From assembly GCA_021825235.1 (NCBI GenBank), contig JAKAIL010000002.1:1-44051 (forward strand): a DNA stretch of 44,051 nucleotides, in the 5' to 3' direction. The translations under genes and the position numbers were made by a program. Below the pieces are notes generated by a model. It was not told where the DNA came from. It did no database searches and saw only the letters and a program-made list of their open reading frames with translations. This document shows, one piece after another, positions 34,498-44,051 of the stretch. Source of the stretch: Bacteroidota bacterium (GTDB taxonomy: Bacteria; Bacteroidota; Ignavibacteria; Palsa-1295). Each line of letters opens with the position of its first letter. The first letter of the stretch is position 1.

Positions 34498-35586
34498 TTA
34501 CTGCTCGATTCCAGCCAGTGACTTTATGTGATGAACTTCCTGATTTGTTAATGGGCGTGAGTCCCCACGCCCCATCCCGCGATGAGTAATACCGGCAAAG
34601 CTGGTCCGGTCAAGCTTTTCGACCTCATATCCGAGCGTTTCGAAGATTCTTCGGACTTCCCGGTTTTTACCTTCGCGAAGCCGGAGCATAACTTCATTTG
34701 GATTTTCCATGGCCGAGACTTCTATGGGGCCGGTTACTTCACCTTCGCCAATATCGAGGCCTCCGTCGGAAAGTTTTCTGACATCGGTAAATTCCAATCG
34801 CCGGTCCAGGGTAACGTGATACTCTCGTTCAATTTCAGAACTGGGATGCGTTAATCGGTTTGTAAGTTCCCCGTCATTCGTGAGCAGGAGCACACCCGTG
34901 GTATTGCGGTCAAGACGTCCGATAGGATAGACGCGTTCGTGGAAATTGATATAATCGAGAACGGTCGAACGGTCCTTTTCATCGCTTGTCGTCGTAATAG
35001 TATCTTTGGGTTTATTAAGAAGGAGGTAGATATGCCGCGATTTAATCGAGACCATTTCGCCATTAACCGTAATGATATCTTCGAACGGTTTGACCTGAAC
35101 TCCCAATTCTTTAATCACTTTGCCATTAACCATTACCACTCCCTGTGTTATCAATTCATCCGCTTTCCTGCGAGAAGTAAGGCCAGCATTAGAGATATAT
35201 TTATTTAAACGAATGGTGCCGTTGAGGGAGGATTCCTCTCGCTTAAGTTCTGGGTTCGCAGCTACTGCAGATTTCTTAACTAATTTTAGGGGTAGGTTGG
35301 ACTTGCCTGATTTATGAGCCGGAAATTTCTTTTTTCCAATAAAGGTTGATCGGCCGAACTTCGGTCGATTCGCTGGAACACCATTCCTTTTTCGAAGGTG
35401 GGTCAGCGGTCGCTTCGGAATGCTTTGGGTTTCCGAATGTGCAGTTTCCGATTCCTTTTTCAGTACCGGCTTGGTATGGCGTACGCGAGGACGATCCCCG
35501 ACCGTCCGTGCCTTCGTTCCGGGATGCGGAGGGCGTCTCGAAGACTTTGGTTTTATACGCCGTGGGCTTTTACGTTGTGTTGGCAT
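34498..35586 (-). CDS. rluB: 23S rRNA pseudouridine synthase, RluB-like, with a basic N-terminal extension of about 125 aa
   Basis: S4 domain IRLNKYISNAGLTSRRKADELITQGVVMVNGKV. Catalytic motif GRLDRNTTGVLLLTNDGEL. Confidence 0.85.
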   Translation of the reverse strand: MPTQRKSPRRIKPKSSRRPPHPGTKARTVGDRPRVRHTKPVLKKESETAHSETQSIPKRPLTHLRKRNGVPANRPKFGRSTFIGKKKFPAHKSGKSNLPLKLVKKSAVAANPELKREESSLNGTIRLNKYISNAGLTSRRKADELITQGVVMVNGKVIKELGVQVKPFEDIITVNGEMVSIKSRHIYLLLNKPKDTITTTSDEKDRSTVLDYINFHERVYPIGRLDRNTTGVLLLTNDGELTNRLTHPSSEIEREYHVTLDRRLEFTDVRKLSDGGLDIGEGEVTGPIEVSAMENPNEVMLRLREGKNREVRRIFETLGYEVEKLDRTSFAGITHRGMGRGDSRPLTNQEVHHIKSLAGIEQ

Positions 35587-35612
35587 AAAGATGAGAGGTG
35601 GTAAGAGTATAT

Positions 35613-36572
35613 TTAATTCGAAATGTCGGTTCCGTTGTGAGCACTGCGTTCTGCCGCAGTTAGGTCGAGTTCGATACCAATTTCATCTTCAAGGGCCTCT
35701 TCTGCACTTTCGGGCATATCGTCCTCCTCTCGCTCGGCCAACTCCTTGGCAACGGCGATTGCTTCATCCACGGTGACATCGCCTTCGGTGCCGAGAAATT
35801 CCGGACTTACGAAAGTGCTCGCCGCTTCTTCGAGGGTCGTGGCTCGGACGGACTCCTCCTTCATGAGTTCATCAATCTCGCGTGGCCGTGGCAGGTCCTG
35901 AATGCGTGGCAAGCCAAAATGACGGAGGAAATCCACGGTTGTTCCATAGAGGAGTGGCCGACCCACCGTTTCAGAGCGTCCCGTAATCGTAACAAGATTT
36001 TTTTCGAGCAGTGATTTCAATACTTCATCACAATTAACTCCGCGAATATTTTCAATATCGTTTTTGGAGACGGGCTGCTTATAGGCGACAATAGCCAATG
36101 TTTCGAGTGCTGCACCGGAAAGCCTTCGTCGGGATTTTTCCCTGAAGAGCCGTGCAACATATTCGCCATATTCTGCACGTGTTGCGAATTGGTAGCCACC
36201 CGCAATTTCGATTAAGCGAAATGCACGACCGCTCCCTTCATACTGATCGTTGAGCAGTTGTACCGCCTCATGAATAATAGAGAGTTCCAGAAGTGGCTTT
36301 TTGCGCCGCTTTTTTGCCTGCGGTTCATCGGGTGCTTCAATGGGCGGCTCGGCAGGCCCGGCCGCAACTTCGATCTCCGGCGTAAGTGCGAACGGATGCT
36401 CTTCGGCCGGATGCTCTTCGGCCGGATGCTCTTCGTGAGAGGAGGGCTTTTCTTCGGCAAGCTCTTCCCCTAAAATAAGAGCGCGCAATTCCTGCGCACT
36501 GAGTGGCTCATCGCTGGCGAAGAGCAGAGCTTCGATGGTTGGGGCGATATGTTCGGCAGATTGATTTCGCAT
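35613..36572 (-). CDS. scpB: Segregation and condensation protein B with an inserted acidic/His repeat region
   Basis: IEALLFASDEPLSAQEL at the N-terminus, and GGYQFATRAEY...ALETLAIVAYKQPVSKNDIENIRGV. It lies directly downstream of scpA. Confidence 0.88.
   Translation of the reverse strand: MRNQSAEHIAPTIEALLFASDEPLSAQELRALILGEELAEEKPSSHEEHPAEEHPAEEHPFALTPEIEVAAGPAEPPIEAPDEPQAKKRRKKPLLELSIIHEAVQLLNDQYEGSGRAFRLIEIAGGYQFATRAEYGEYVARLFREKSRRRLSGAALETLAIVAYKQPVSKNDIENIRGVNCDEVLKSLLEKNLVTITGRSETVGRPLLYGTTVDFLRHFGLPRIQDLPRPREIDELMKEESVRATTLEEAASTFVSPEFLGTEGDVTVDEAIAVAKELAEREEDDMPESAEEALEDEIGIELDLTAAERSAHNGTDISN
36393..36435. repeat. In-frame 15-bp tandem repeat CGGATGCTCTTCGGC x2.9 inside scpB, encoding (A/H)EEHP x3
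   Basis: Read directly. Copies at 36393-36407, 36408-22 and 36423-35 are identical. Confidence 0.95.
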
Positions 36573-36609
36573 CGTTATAAAATATGCTTTCTAATTATTG
36601 TACGAGCTG

Positions 36610-37452
36610 TTACGGACGGAACAAGATAATTTCGTCAAATACACCATGTTGTCGAAGCGCGATAAAATGGTTTCGGACCAGATCCAGGATTGCAATAAAG
36701 GTGACGGCGATGTAAACCCGAAATGCCGGAGAGAGCTCCTCGACATCCCGCACCTGCGGAAATTCTGCAAACAGCTCACCGAAATTTACTTCGCCTCGCT
36801 GCGAAATGGAAGATAGGATCATCTCCGACTGCTCTTCGATGGTCACAGGAATCATTTCCACGTCATGAGTCCGTTTAATTTTCGGCGCACGCTCAATAGC
36901 GCGTCGGAATGCATTCATCAAATGAAAAATGGTAACGTTCTTCAGCAAATTTTCTTCTTCCTGCGGTGCTTCCGTGCGTTCATCCTGCCCAAAATATTGG
37001 CGATAATAAATCTTGCGCTGCTCCTCGCCCATAACGGAAAGCTCTTCGGCCATTTCCTTAAAGCGCCGGTATTCCAGTAGTCGGCGGACGAGGTCGGTGC
37101 GAGGATCTTCCTCCTCCACTCCTTCTGCCGTTTCTTGCCGTGGCAGGAGCATCTTTGCCTTAATTTGGCAGAGCTCCGCAGCCACAACGATGAACTCCCC
37201 GGCAATATCCAGATCCAGCGCGGTCATCATCCGCAAATAATCAAGGAATTCTTGGGTTATTCGAGTGATGGGAATATCATAAATATCGAGTTCATCGCGC
37301 TTGATAAAAAAGAGGAGCAAATCAAGCGGACCCTCGAAGACGGACGAACGGTCACCTTTAGATAGCCGGACTTTATAGAGCGGTGGCTGTGCCGACGCCT
37401 CGGGTATGGCTGTTGGAAGGTCCAGGGGTTGGTGTGCAATAGGGTTTTCCAT
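36610..37452 (-). CDS. scpA: Segregation and condensation protein A (kleisin)
   Basis: FEGPLDLLLFFIKRDELDIYDIPITRITQEFLDYL. Start taken at the ATG at 37452; the ORF-track TTG is at 37461. Confidence 0.9.
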   Translation of the reverse strand: MENPIAHQPLDLPTAIPEASAQPPLYKVRLSKGDRSSVFEGPLDLLLFFIKRDELDIYDIPITRITQEFLDYLRMMTALDLDIAGEFIVVAAELCQIKAKMLLPRQETAEGVEEEDPRTDLVRRLLEYRRFKEMAEELSVMGEEQRKIYYRQYFGQDERTEAPQEEENLLKNVTIFHLMNAFRRAIERAPKIKRTHDVEMIPVTIEEQSEMILSSISQRGEVNFGELFAEFPQVRDVEELSPAFRVYIAVTFIAILDLVRNHFIALRQHGVFDEIILFRP

Positions 37453-37594
37453 CTTTCTCAACCCTTTAATCGTTTAAGCTGGCAATTAGATTCGGAATTT
37501 CGGTGAAATTCTTTGTCCCATTCGAGAACTATCGTATTCTAAGAGGCATTTTACACCGCCAACGCTGTTGCCGAGGATCTCTTCTACATTAACT

Positions 37595-39421
37595 ATGGCT
37601 CATAAAATACCGCTTCGCGATTTTTTCCGCAATCCTGAAAAAACAAATTATAGAATCTCGCCGGATGGACGATTTGTTTCCCATACCGAGCCGTTCGAGC
37701 GACGAATGAATGTTTTTGTTGAGCCCATAGGAGAGATTGGAAAAGGCAAAGCGATTCGAATAACCTCCGAGACTTCTAGAGACCTGATGGCTTACTGGTG
37801 GAAAAACAATGATACCATTATCTATATGCGGGATTTTGATGGTGACGAGAATTTCCATCTTTTTGCTGCTAAACGGGATGGTTCGGAACAGCGTGACCTC
37901 ACGCCATTTCCCGGCGTGAGAGCGGATATTGTCGATGATTTGGAAGAGATCGAAGGCGAAGTGCTTGTTGGGATGAACCAGCGGAATCCGGAATGCTTCG
38001 ATGTCTATCGGCTTAAAATCGATACTGGCGAGATGCGCATGGTTGCCGAGAACCCCGGAACGGTTACTCGCTGGGTAACCGACCACGCGGGAACAGTACG
38101 CATCGGCATCATGACCGATGGTGTAAATTCCACGTATCTTTATCGTGATCGTGACGATGAGCCGTTTCGTGACGTGCTGACAATCCATTTCAAAGAAGCG
38201 CTCGAACCGATGTTCTTTACCTTCGATAATAAAGCCGTGTATGCGCTTAGTAATCTTGGGCGCGATCGATTGACCGCAGTAAGGTACGACATGGCGAATG
38301 CCCAGGAGCTCGAAGTGTTCTATGAGCATCCGGAAGTGGATCTCGATGGACTATCCTTCTCTCGTAAGCGCAAAGTACTCACGCAGATTACGTACACGAC
38401 CTGGAAGCAGCAGCGGGAAATTTTGGACGAAGAGACTCGAAAATTGTTTGACCAGCTTTCTCAAAAGCTTCCAAATTATGAAATAAATATTTCCGATCAC
38501 ACCAAAGACGAGGGGACATTCATCGTCCGTACTTACAGCGATCGTTCACTCGGTGCCTTTTATCTGTACGATTTTGCTAAAAATGACCTCCAAAAGCTTG
38601 CCGATGTCAGCCCGTGGCTGAACGAAGCAGATTTGGCCCCGATGAAGCCGATTACGTATCAATCCCGTGACGGACTGACGATCCATGGCTATTTGACCTT
38701 ACCAATCGGAAAGCCGGCGAAAAACCTGCCCGTTGTTGTTAATCCGCACGGAGGTCCCTGGGTTCGCGACCGATGGACGTACAATCCAGAAGTGCAATTT
38801 CTTGCCAATCGCGGCTATGCGGTATTGCAGGTTAACTATCGAGGCTCCACAGGCTATGGGCGTAAATTCTGGGAAGCTTCGTTCAAGCAATGGGGTAGAA
38901 CAATGCAGGACGATGTGAGCGATGGAGTGCTATGGCTCGTTAACGAGGGAATTGCCGATCCGAAACGCGTTGCTATCTATGGCGGAAGTTACGGTGGTTA
39001 TTGCACATTAGCGGGCGTAACCTTTACACCGGAGCTTTATGCGTGCGGGATCGATTATGTCGGCGTATCCAATCTGTTCACATTTATGAATACGATTCCG
39101 CCGTATTGGAAACCGTTCCTGGAATCCATGTATGAATTGGTTGGGAACCCGGAGAGCGATGAGGAGCTGCTGCGTGCCGCGAGCCCGGTATTTCATGTCG
39201 ATCGTATTCGCGCTCCGCTTATGGTTGTGCAGGGTGCGAAGGACCCTCGAGTGAATATCGAAGAATCGAACCAAATCGTGGAAGCGCTGAAAAAGCGTGG
39301 CATCGATGTACCCTATCTGGTGAAGGAAAATGAAGGGCATGGGTTCCATAACGAAGAAAACCGCTTCGAAATGTATGAGGCTATGGAAGGATTTTTAGAG
39401 AAGCATTTGGATGGGCATTAA
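37595..39421 (+). CDS. S9-family serine peptidase (prolyl oligopeptidase / dipeptidyl aminopeptidase type)
   Basis: N-terminal beta-propeller region. Nucleophile motif GGSYGGY. C-terminal VVQGAKDPRV and GHGF. Confidence 0.88.
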   Translation: MAHKIPLRDFFRNPEKTNYRISPDGRFVSHTEPFERRMNVFVEPIGEIGKGKAIRITSETSRDLMAYWWKNNDTIIYMRDFDGDENFHLFAAKRDGSEQRDLTPFPGVRADIVDDLEEIEGEVLVGMNQRNPECFDVYRLKIDTGEMRMVAENPGTVTRWVTDHAGTVRIGIMTDGVNSTYLYRDRDDEPFRDVLTIHFKEALEPMFFTFDNKAVYALSNLGRDRLTAVRYDMANAQELEVFYEHPEVDLDGLSFSRKRKVLTQITYTTWKQQREILDEETRKLFDQLSQKLPNYEINISDHTKDEGTFIVRTYSDRSLGAFYLYDFAKNDLQKLADVSPWLNEADLAPMKPITYQSRDGLTIHGYLTLPIGKPAKNLPVVVNPHGGPWVRDRWTYNPEVQFLANRGYAVLQVNYRGSTGYGRKFWEASFKQWGRTMQDDVSDGVLWLVNEGIADPKRVAIYGGSYGGYCTLAGVTFTPELYACGIDYVGVSNLFTFMNTIPPYWKPFLESMYELVGNPESDEELLRAASPVFHVDRIRAPLMVVQGAKDPRVNIEESNQIVEALKKRGIDVPYLVKENEGHGFHNEENRFEMYEAMEGFLEKHLDGH

Positions 39422-41013
39422 CCCTTGAGTTTCCAAAGTGTATATCCGCCAATGGTCGTATCGTATTGGTAATGGGGTTCCACGATGCTATCAAAGCCTT
39501 CAATTTGGTGAATGCTCATAGCCGGAGCGTAATGGACCCAGTCGATTATGTCCTGTGGGCCATTCGCCATTACAATATAATACGGTTTCTCGGTGAGGAT
39601 AGAAGCGATAAATTCCCTGCGCCAGGCCATTTGATAACTCGGATGGGAACCATCTGGTTCACTCATCGAAAGGGGATAAAAGGTAGTAAATCTGCCAATA
39701 GCTCGGTGCTGTAAGCGCCAGCGAATGCCTGCCGTAAGAGTCGCACATTCTATACCTGTGTGCGGTGGTGCGGTCCGATCGATATAGGAGGCAACAGCCG
39801 CATCAACGCTCCTTCGATACCCTGGCTCATGAATAAATGCGTTCCGCACTTCATCCAGTGATGTGGTACCAAAACAGGCTTGGCCAAACGTTGCAAGGAG
39901 ATTGAACGGATAGATGCGAAGCACGATATACAGGGATAATGAGACTACTGCGACAACCTTCCATGTCCTTCCGTGTATGGCGTCAAGGAACGATTCAAGT
40001 GCAAGAGCACTGAATGGAGATCCAACCAGAATGACCGGCTCAAAATGGTATGGAATAAATTTTCCCATCACAAACAGCGAGAGAAGTCCTGCTACACCAA
40101 ATCCGCTGTAGAGCACCACATCGGCCAAGTCCAGCAACCGGACATTTTGCCATAAGGAGTTCCGGCTGTGCAAAGGTCGTAATCGCGGAAGCAATGCAAG
40201 AAGGAAACCGGCGGTGCTTAGGAGCAGAAAGAACTTTTGTACTCGGAACTCATGAAGAGCCTTCCCCAGCGATAGCCGAATTGGACCATATATATCAAGA
40301 TTATATCGAACGGTAATCCAATAGACTTGTTCAATTCCACCCGGATGCATAAAATAGGGAAGGAAAAGTGCGATTAGTACTAGTGCGACACCGGTACAAT
40401 AGAAACTGATTTTTAGGACCCGTTCTTCTTTCAGAAGAAAACAAAATATAAGTCCGACCACTGCAAAGGTTCCATAGGTTGCACGGAAGGTAAACATAAG
40501 TGTGAGTGCAATCCCTGCACCCAGCGCATTGACATAGCTCAATGCTCCATGGTGTTCCTTGGCTACAATCAGTAACAAGGTGCCGACCAGGAGGAAGAAA
40601 ATGGCAAATTCGTCGCGTTGGCCCGCCATCAAGATTCCGTTGCCTATATAATGAAGCATGTAGAATAAAACCGAGATGAACGCGGTTCGAGGCAGAAGCC
40701 AACGTGAAAGTATATTAAAGAAAAGCCAGGCGATCCCCAGATGAAGTACAAAGTCGAATAATCGAAACCCAATCGCTGAATTACCAAAAAGCACGATGGA
40801 GAGCCAGTGCATATAGACGGTTCCCGGAAAATCATGGGCCCATGAACCCAAATATGGGAGCCGTCCAAAGCGAAGAAGATCGGTCGCCATGGACTGAAAG
40901 ATTTCATTGTCCCAATTCAGAGGGAAAAAAAGGTCCAGCGCAAGGAGCACTGCAGTCCCGGCAACTGTTGCTGCCAGAAACCGACGTTTGTAATGAGATG
41001 GGTCATTTCTCAC
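39418..41013 (-). CDS. Integral membrane GT-C-fold glycosyltransferase (ArnT / PMT_2-like, GT39/GT83-type)
   Basis: About 10 or more TM segments. First-loop motif NWDNEIFQSMATDLLRFGRLPY and a soluble C-terminal domain. GTG start overlaps the trpS stop by 4 nt. Confidence 0.6.
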   Translation of the reverse strand: MRNDPSHYKRRFLAATVAGTAVLLALDLFFPLNWDNEIFQSMATDLLRFGRLPYLGSWAHDFPGTVYMHWLSIVLFGNSAIGFRLFDFVLHLGIAWLFFNILSRWLLPRTAFISVLFYMLHYIGNGILMAGQRDEFAIFFLLVGTLLLIVAKEHHGALSYVNALGAGIALTLMFTFRATYGTFAVVGLIFCFLLKEERVLKISFYCTGVALVLIALFLPYFMHPGGIEQVYWITVRYNLDIYGPIRLSLGKALHEFRVQKFFLLLSTAGFLLALLPRLRPLHSRNSLWQNVRLLDLADVVLYSGFGVAGLLSLFVMGKFIPYHFEPVILVGSPFSALALESFLDAIHGRTWKVVAVVSLSLYIVLRIYPFNLLATFGQACFGTTSLDEVRNAFIHEPGYRRSVDAAVASYIDRTAPPHTGIECATLTAGIRWRLQHRAIGRFTTFYPLSMSEPDGSHPSYQMAWRREFIASILTEKPYYIVMANGPQDIIDWVHYAPAMSIHQIEGFDSIVEPHYQYDTTIGGYTLWKLKG

Positions 41014-42017
41014 TGTGGCAGGAGGAGTCCCATCTTTTGCTTCACATCCTGAAGCCGCGGCTCTGAAATGGATCGGGCTTTTTCTGCGCCAAGCTGCATC
41101 AGCCGTTCGAGTTCACCACGATCCGCAATAATCGCGCGGTGCTGAACGCGAATGGGTTCGGTAACAGAAATCACAACCTCCGCTACAGCTTTCTTTAGAT
41201 CGCCGTAGCCACGAGCATTTGCAAAATCGGTTTCCACCGCCTCCTGCGTTTTACCCGTAAGGGCCTGATAAATGGTAAGAAGATTATTCACTCCTGCTTT
41301 GACCGGGTCTTTGGAAAAGCGAATATCAGAGCCCGAATCTGTTTTTGCCCGCATAATCGATCGCTCGATAACTTTGGGATCATCGAGCAAGTTTACGGCA
41401 TGACCTTTCACCGCTCCGGAACTCTTGGACATTTTTGCCGAAGGATCGTCCAAACCCATGATTCGTGCTCCGGAAGCAGCAATCATCGGTTCCGGAACAA
41501 TAAATGTTTCACCGTAATGGTGATTGAATCGTTCCGCAATATTGCGGGTTAGTTCCACATGCTGTTTCTGGTCCTCCCCGACGGGAACTTCATGCGTATC
41601 GTAAAAGAGAATATCTGCGGCCATCAGGACGGGGTAATCCAGCAAGCCGGCAAGGATCGTTTCCTGCTTCGAAGACTTATCCTTGAACTGTGTCATTTTA
41701 TTCAACCAGCCGATTGGTGTAATGCAGTTCAAGAGCCATGCGCCTTCCGCATGAACAGGAACATGGCTTTGCACGAAGAGGATGCTTTTGTCGGGATCGA
41801 GGCCCACGGCAAGGAATAGCGCTAGAAGGTCGAGCGTGCGCTCACGCAATTCCGTCGGGTCTTGTGGTACGGTGAGTGCGTGCAGGTCAACAATACAAAA
41901 GATATTTTCCTTATCAGGATCGTTTTGGGACGCAACCCATCGCCGGACCGCGCCGATATAATTGCCGATGTGGATAACGTTCGATGGTTGAATGCCGCTA
42001 AAGACTCGTTGTTTCAT
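41010..42017 (-). CDS. trpS: Tryptophan--tRNA ligase
   Basis: HIGH-type motif (VIHIGNYIGA), the KMSKS motif, and class Ic length (335 aa). Confidence 0.93.
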   Translation of the reverse strand: MKQRVFSGIQPSNVIHIGNYIGAVRRWVASQNDPDKENIFCIVDLHALTVPQDPTELRERTLDLLALFLAVGLDPDKSILFVQSHVPVHAEGAWLLNCITPIGWLNKMTQFKDKSSKQETILAGLLDYPVLMAADILFYDTHEVPVGEDQKQHVELTRNIAERFNHHYGETFIVPEPMIAASGARIMGLDDPSAKMSKSSGAVKGHAVNLLDDPKVIERSIMRAKTDSGSDIRFSKDPVKAGVNNLLTIYQALTGKTQEAVETDFANARGYGDLKKAVAEVVISVTEPIRVQHRAIIADRGELERLMQLGAEKARSISEPRLQDVKQKMGLLLPQ

Positions 42018-42158
42018 AAGGAGTTCAGAAAGCGTTTGGAGCGGGAAGAAAGTTCACGCTTCGAAATCCGGTATTCGGTGACCGTAATCCTTGTCCGAAA
42101 TCCGAAACCTGCGAATCGAACTACAGGCTACAGACCTCGTACGACGGATCCCGGATGC

Positions 42159-44051
42159 TCAGATTCGAAGGACTCGCGGCATCCAGAGCTTTAAGAGTTC
42201 GAACCAGGTAAGACTGAAGGCGGCCGCAAACAGAGTAAGAATCCAATCGTGCAAATGGAATGGGCCGAAATGAAATATGCCGCGTAATGCTGGTATGGCA
42301 GTCGTGGCACCCAGGAGCAAGAGCGCGCCAGCGGTCGACCACCACAAACTCTTGTTCTGTTGTGCTCCGCGCGGTTTTAGGAGCATCCCAAAAAAGGTTC
42401 GTGCCCAGGAGCGGTCCACCAATGCAAGCATAAGGTTCGCGAGCACCAACGTGGAAAATGAAAGCGTGCGCGATTCAAACTCCGAATGGGTTTGCCCATA
42501 GGAAACGAGGTAAACGGTCGCTACGACGACCAGCATACTGACTCCCTGCAAAAGAGCAATAACGGTGCTGGATCCCTGGAATAGCGGCTGTTTGGGATCG
42601 CGTGGAGGGCGGCGCATTATGTTTGGCTCTTCTGCTTCCGCTTCAAAGACAATGGAAGACATCGGATCGATGACAAGCTCGAGCATTACGATGTGAATCG
42701 GATAAAAGATCACCGGAAGACCGAGCAGTAATGGTAAAATAGAAAGTCCTGCGATTGGGACATGCATTGCCAGCACGTAATACATTGCCTTTTTGATGTT
42801 ATCGAACGTGCGGCGCCCCTGACGGATTGCGCGAACAAGGGATGGAAAATCGTCTTGTGTCAAAACCACAGAGGCCGCTTCGCGTGCCACATCGGTTCCT
42901 CGAGCTCCCATGGCAATCCCAATGTGCGCCGCCTTGAGGGCTGGAGCATCATTGATTCCGTCGCCGGTCATACCAACTATTTCACCGGACTGTTTAAGGG
43001 CCTCGACGATCTGAAGCTTTTCGATTGGTTTTATCCGTGCAAATACATTAGTCGTGGCAATCTTTTGGCGCGCCTCTTCCGGTGATAAGCTCACCAATTC
43101 TTTGCCGGTCAGGACATTTTCTGCATCGCGGATGCCGGCTTCCCGTGCAATGGAAGCAGCCGTTGTGGGATAGTCCCCCGTAATCATGACGACCCGAATT
43201 CCTGCCTCGTAACACTCCTGCACCGCAGCCGGGACTCCTTCACGTAACGGATCCTGAAAGGCGAGCAGTCCAAGGAATGAAAATTGGTGATCTTCGATTG
43301 GAAGGGATCGCTCGAAAGTCCTGCTTTCCGCGACGGCAAGAACGCGCATACCTCGCTCCGCGAAGGCCTCGATTTGCTTGGAAATGTTCTGAGCGCGCGT
43401 AGCGTCCAGCCCAGAGAGACTCATGATGGTCTCGGGCATCCCTTTTACGGCAATGAAACCATCAGTGCCAGTACGATACGCGTTAAACATTGCGGGACGT
43501 TCTGGCGATAGACCAATCTCTTGCACAAGCGTTCCATCTGTATGCAGAATTCCATACCGTGCGGCAGCCTCTTGCACGGCACGGTCCATGGGATCCCAGG
43601 CCGGGAATTTTGTTGCGCATTGTGCAATGCTGAGCAAATGCAGATCGTTCGCTGAAATGGATGGAGTCGCAGATGTCAGAAATGCTGGCGTTCCATCCGT
43701 CACCACTGCCTGTAACGTCATGGAATTTCGTGTCAAAGTACCCGTTTTGTCCGTGCAAAGAACGGTAAGCGTTCCCAGTCCTTCGACGGCGGGCATGTAG
43801 TGAACGAGCATTCCTTTGCCCGCCAGGCGGCGCGCTCCTAAAGCCAGAAAGACCGAAAGTATTACGGGTATTTCTTCCGGCAGAAGCGACATCGCGAGCG
43901 CAATTCCCGCCAGACTCGCCTGCATCCAATCTCCACGCGTAATTCCATATAGGCCAATAACCAGGAGACAAAAGGCGACTCCTGCAAGAGCCGCTGCTCG
44001 TACTAATTTTGCAGACTGCTGTTGTAAGGGGGTCTTGGTTACAAGGGTTGT
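42159..44051 (-). CDS. Cation-transporting P-type ATPase (type II, Ca2+/Mg2+-like), 5-prime partial; continues beyond the window
   Basis: DKTGTLT (CTDKTGTLTRN), MITGD and TGDGINDAPALK. The frame stays open from 43925 to the window end (..TPLQQQSAKLVRAAALAGVAFCLLVIGLYGITRGDW). Confidence 0.9.
   Translation of the reverse strand, partial: TTLVTKTPLQQQSAKLVRAAALAGVAFCLLVIGLYGITRGDWMQASLAGIALAMSLLPEEIPVILSVFLALGARRLAGKGMLVHYMPAVEGLGTLTVLCTDKTGTLTRNSMTLQAVVTDGTPAFLTSATPSISANDLHLLSIAQCATKFPAWDPMDRAVQEAAARYGILHTDGTLVQEIGLSPERPAMFNAYRTGTDGFIAVKGMPETIMSLSGLDATRAQNISKQIEAFAERGMRVLAVAESRTFERSLPIEDHQFSFLGLLAFQDPLREGVPAAVQECYEAGIRVVMITGDYPTTAASIAREAGIRDAENVLTGKELVSLSPEEARQKIATTNVFARIKPIEKLQIVEALKQSGEIVGMTGDGINDAPALKAAHIGIAMGARGTDVAREAASVVLTQDDFPSLVRAIRQGRRTFDNIKKAMYYVLAMHVPIAGLSILPLLLGLPVIFYPIHIVMLELVIDPMSSIVFEAEAEEPNIMRRPPRDPKQPLFQGSSTVIALLQGVSMLVVVATVYLVSYGQTHSEFESRTLSFSTLVLANLMLALVDRSWARTFFGMLLKPRGAQQNKSLWWSTAGALLLLGATTAIPALRGIFHFGPFHLHDWILTLFAAAFSLTWFELLKLWMPRVLRI

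Overview
This 44-kb chromosomal window holds about 35 genes, most on the minus strand. It reads like core genome of an FCB-group bacterium (Bacteroidota / Ignavibacteria / Kapabacteria-like; this placement is inference). Four proteins end in T9SS C-terminal sorting domains. Housekeeping genes include BamA, ScpA-ScpB-RluB, TrpS, an Rne/Rng ribonuclease, PBP4, HPPD, an M16 peptidase pair, Opp-type permeases and a P-type ATPase that runs off the right edge.

Unusual content:
- one complete IS5-family element (1896-3283, perfect 20-bp terminal inverted repeats) at the 5-prime end of a BNR-repeat T9SS cargo gene
- a frameshifted GNAT gene
- a perfect compound 15-mer/7-mer minisatellite at the left edge
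- two tandem T9SS cargo paralogs sharing a module of about 240 aa
- three long, structured non-coding regions: a terminator-ended leader in front of a tiny Tyr/Arg/His-rich secreted protein, about 950 nt upstream of the RNase E/G gene, and about 450 nt downstream of it
- three convergent gene pairs whose stop codons overlap by 4 nt

I found no CRISPR array, tRNA, rRNA, prophage, or recognisable defence or toxin-antitoxin module. I cannot point to a clearly novel multi-gene system. The non-coding regions and the T9SS paralog cluster are the best candidates for something undescribed. All protein calls come from motif recognition by eye in the supplied translations; no searches were run.
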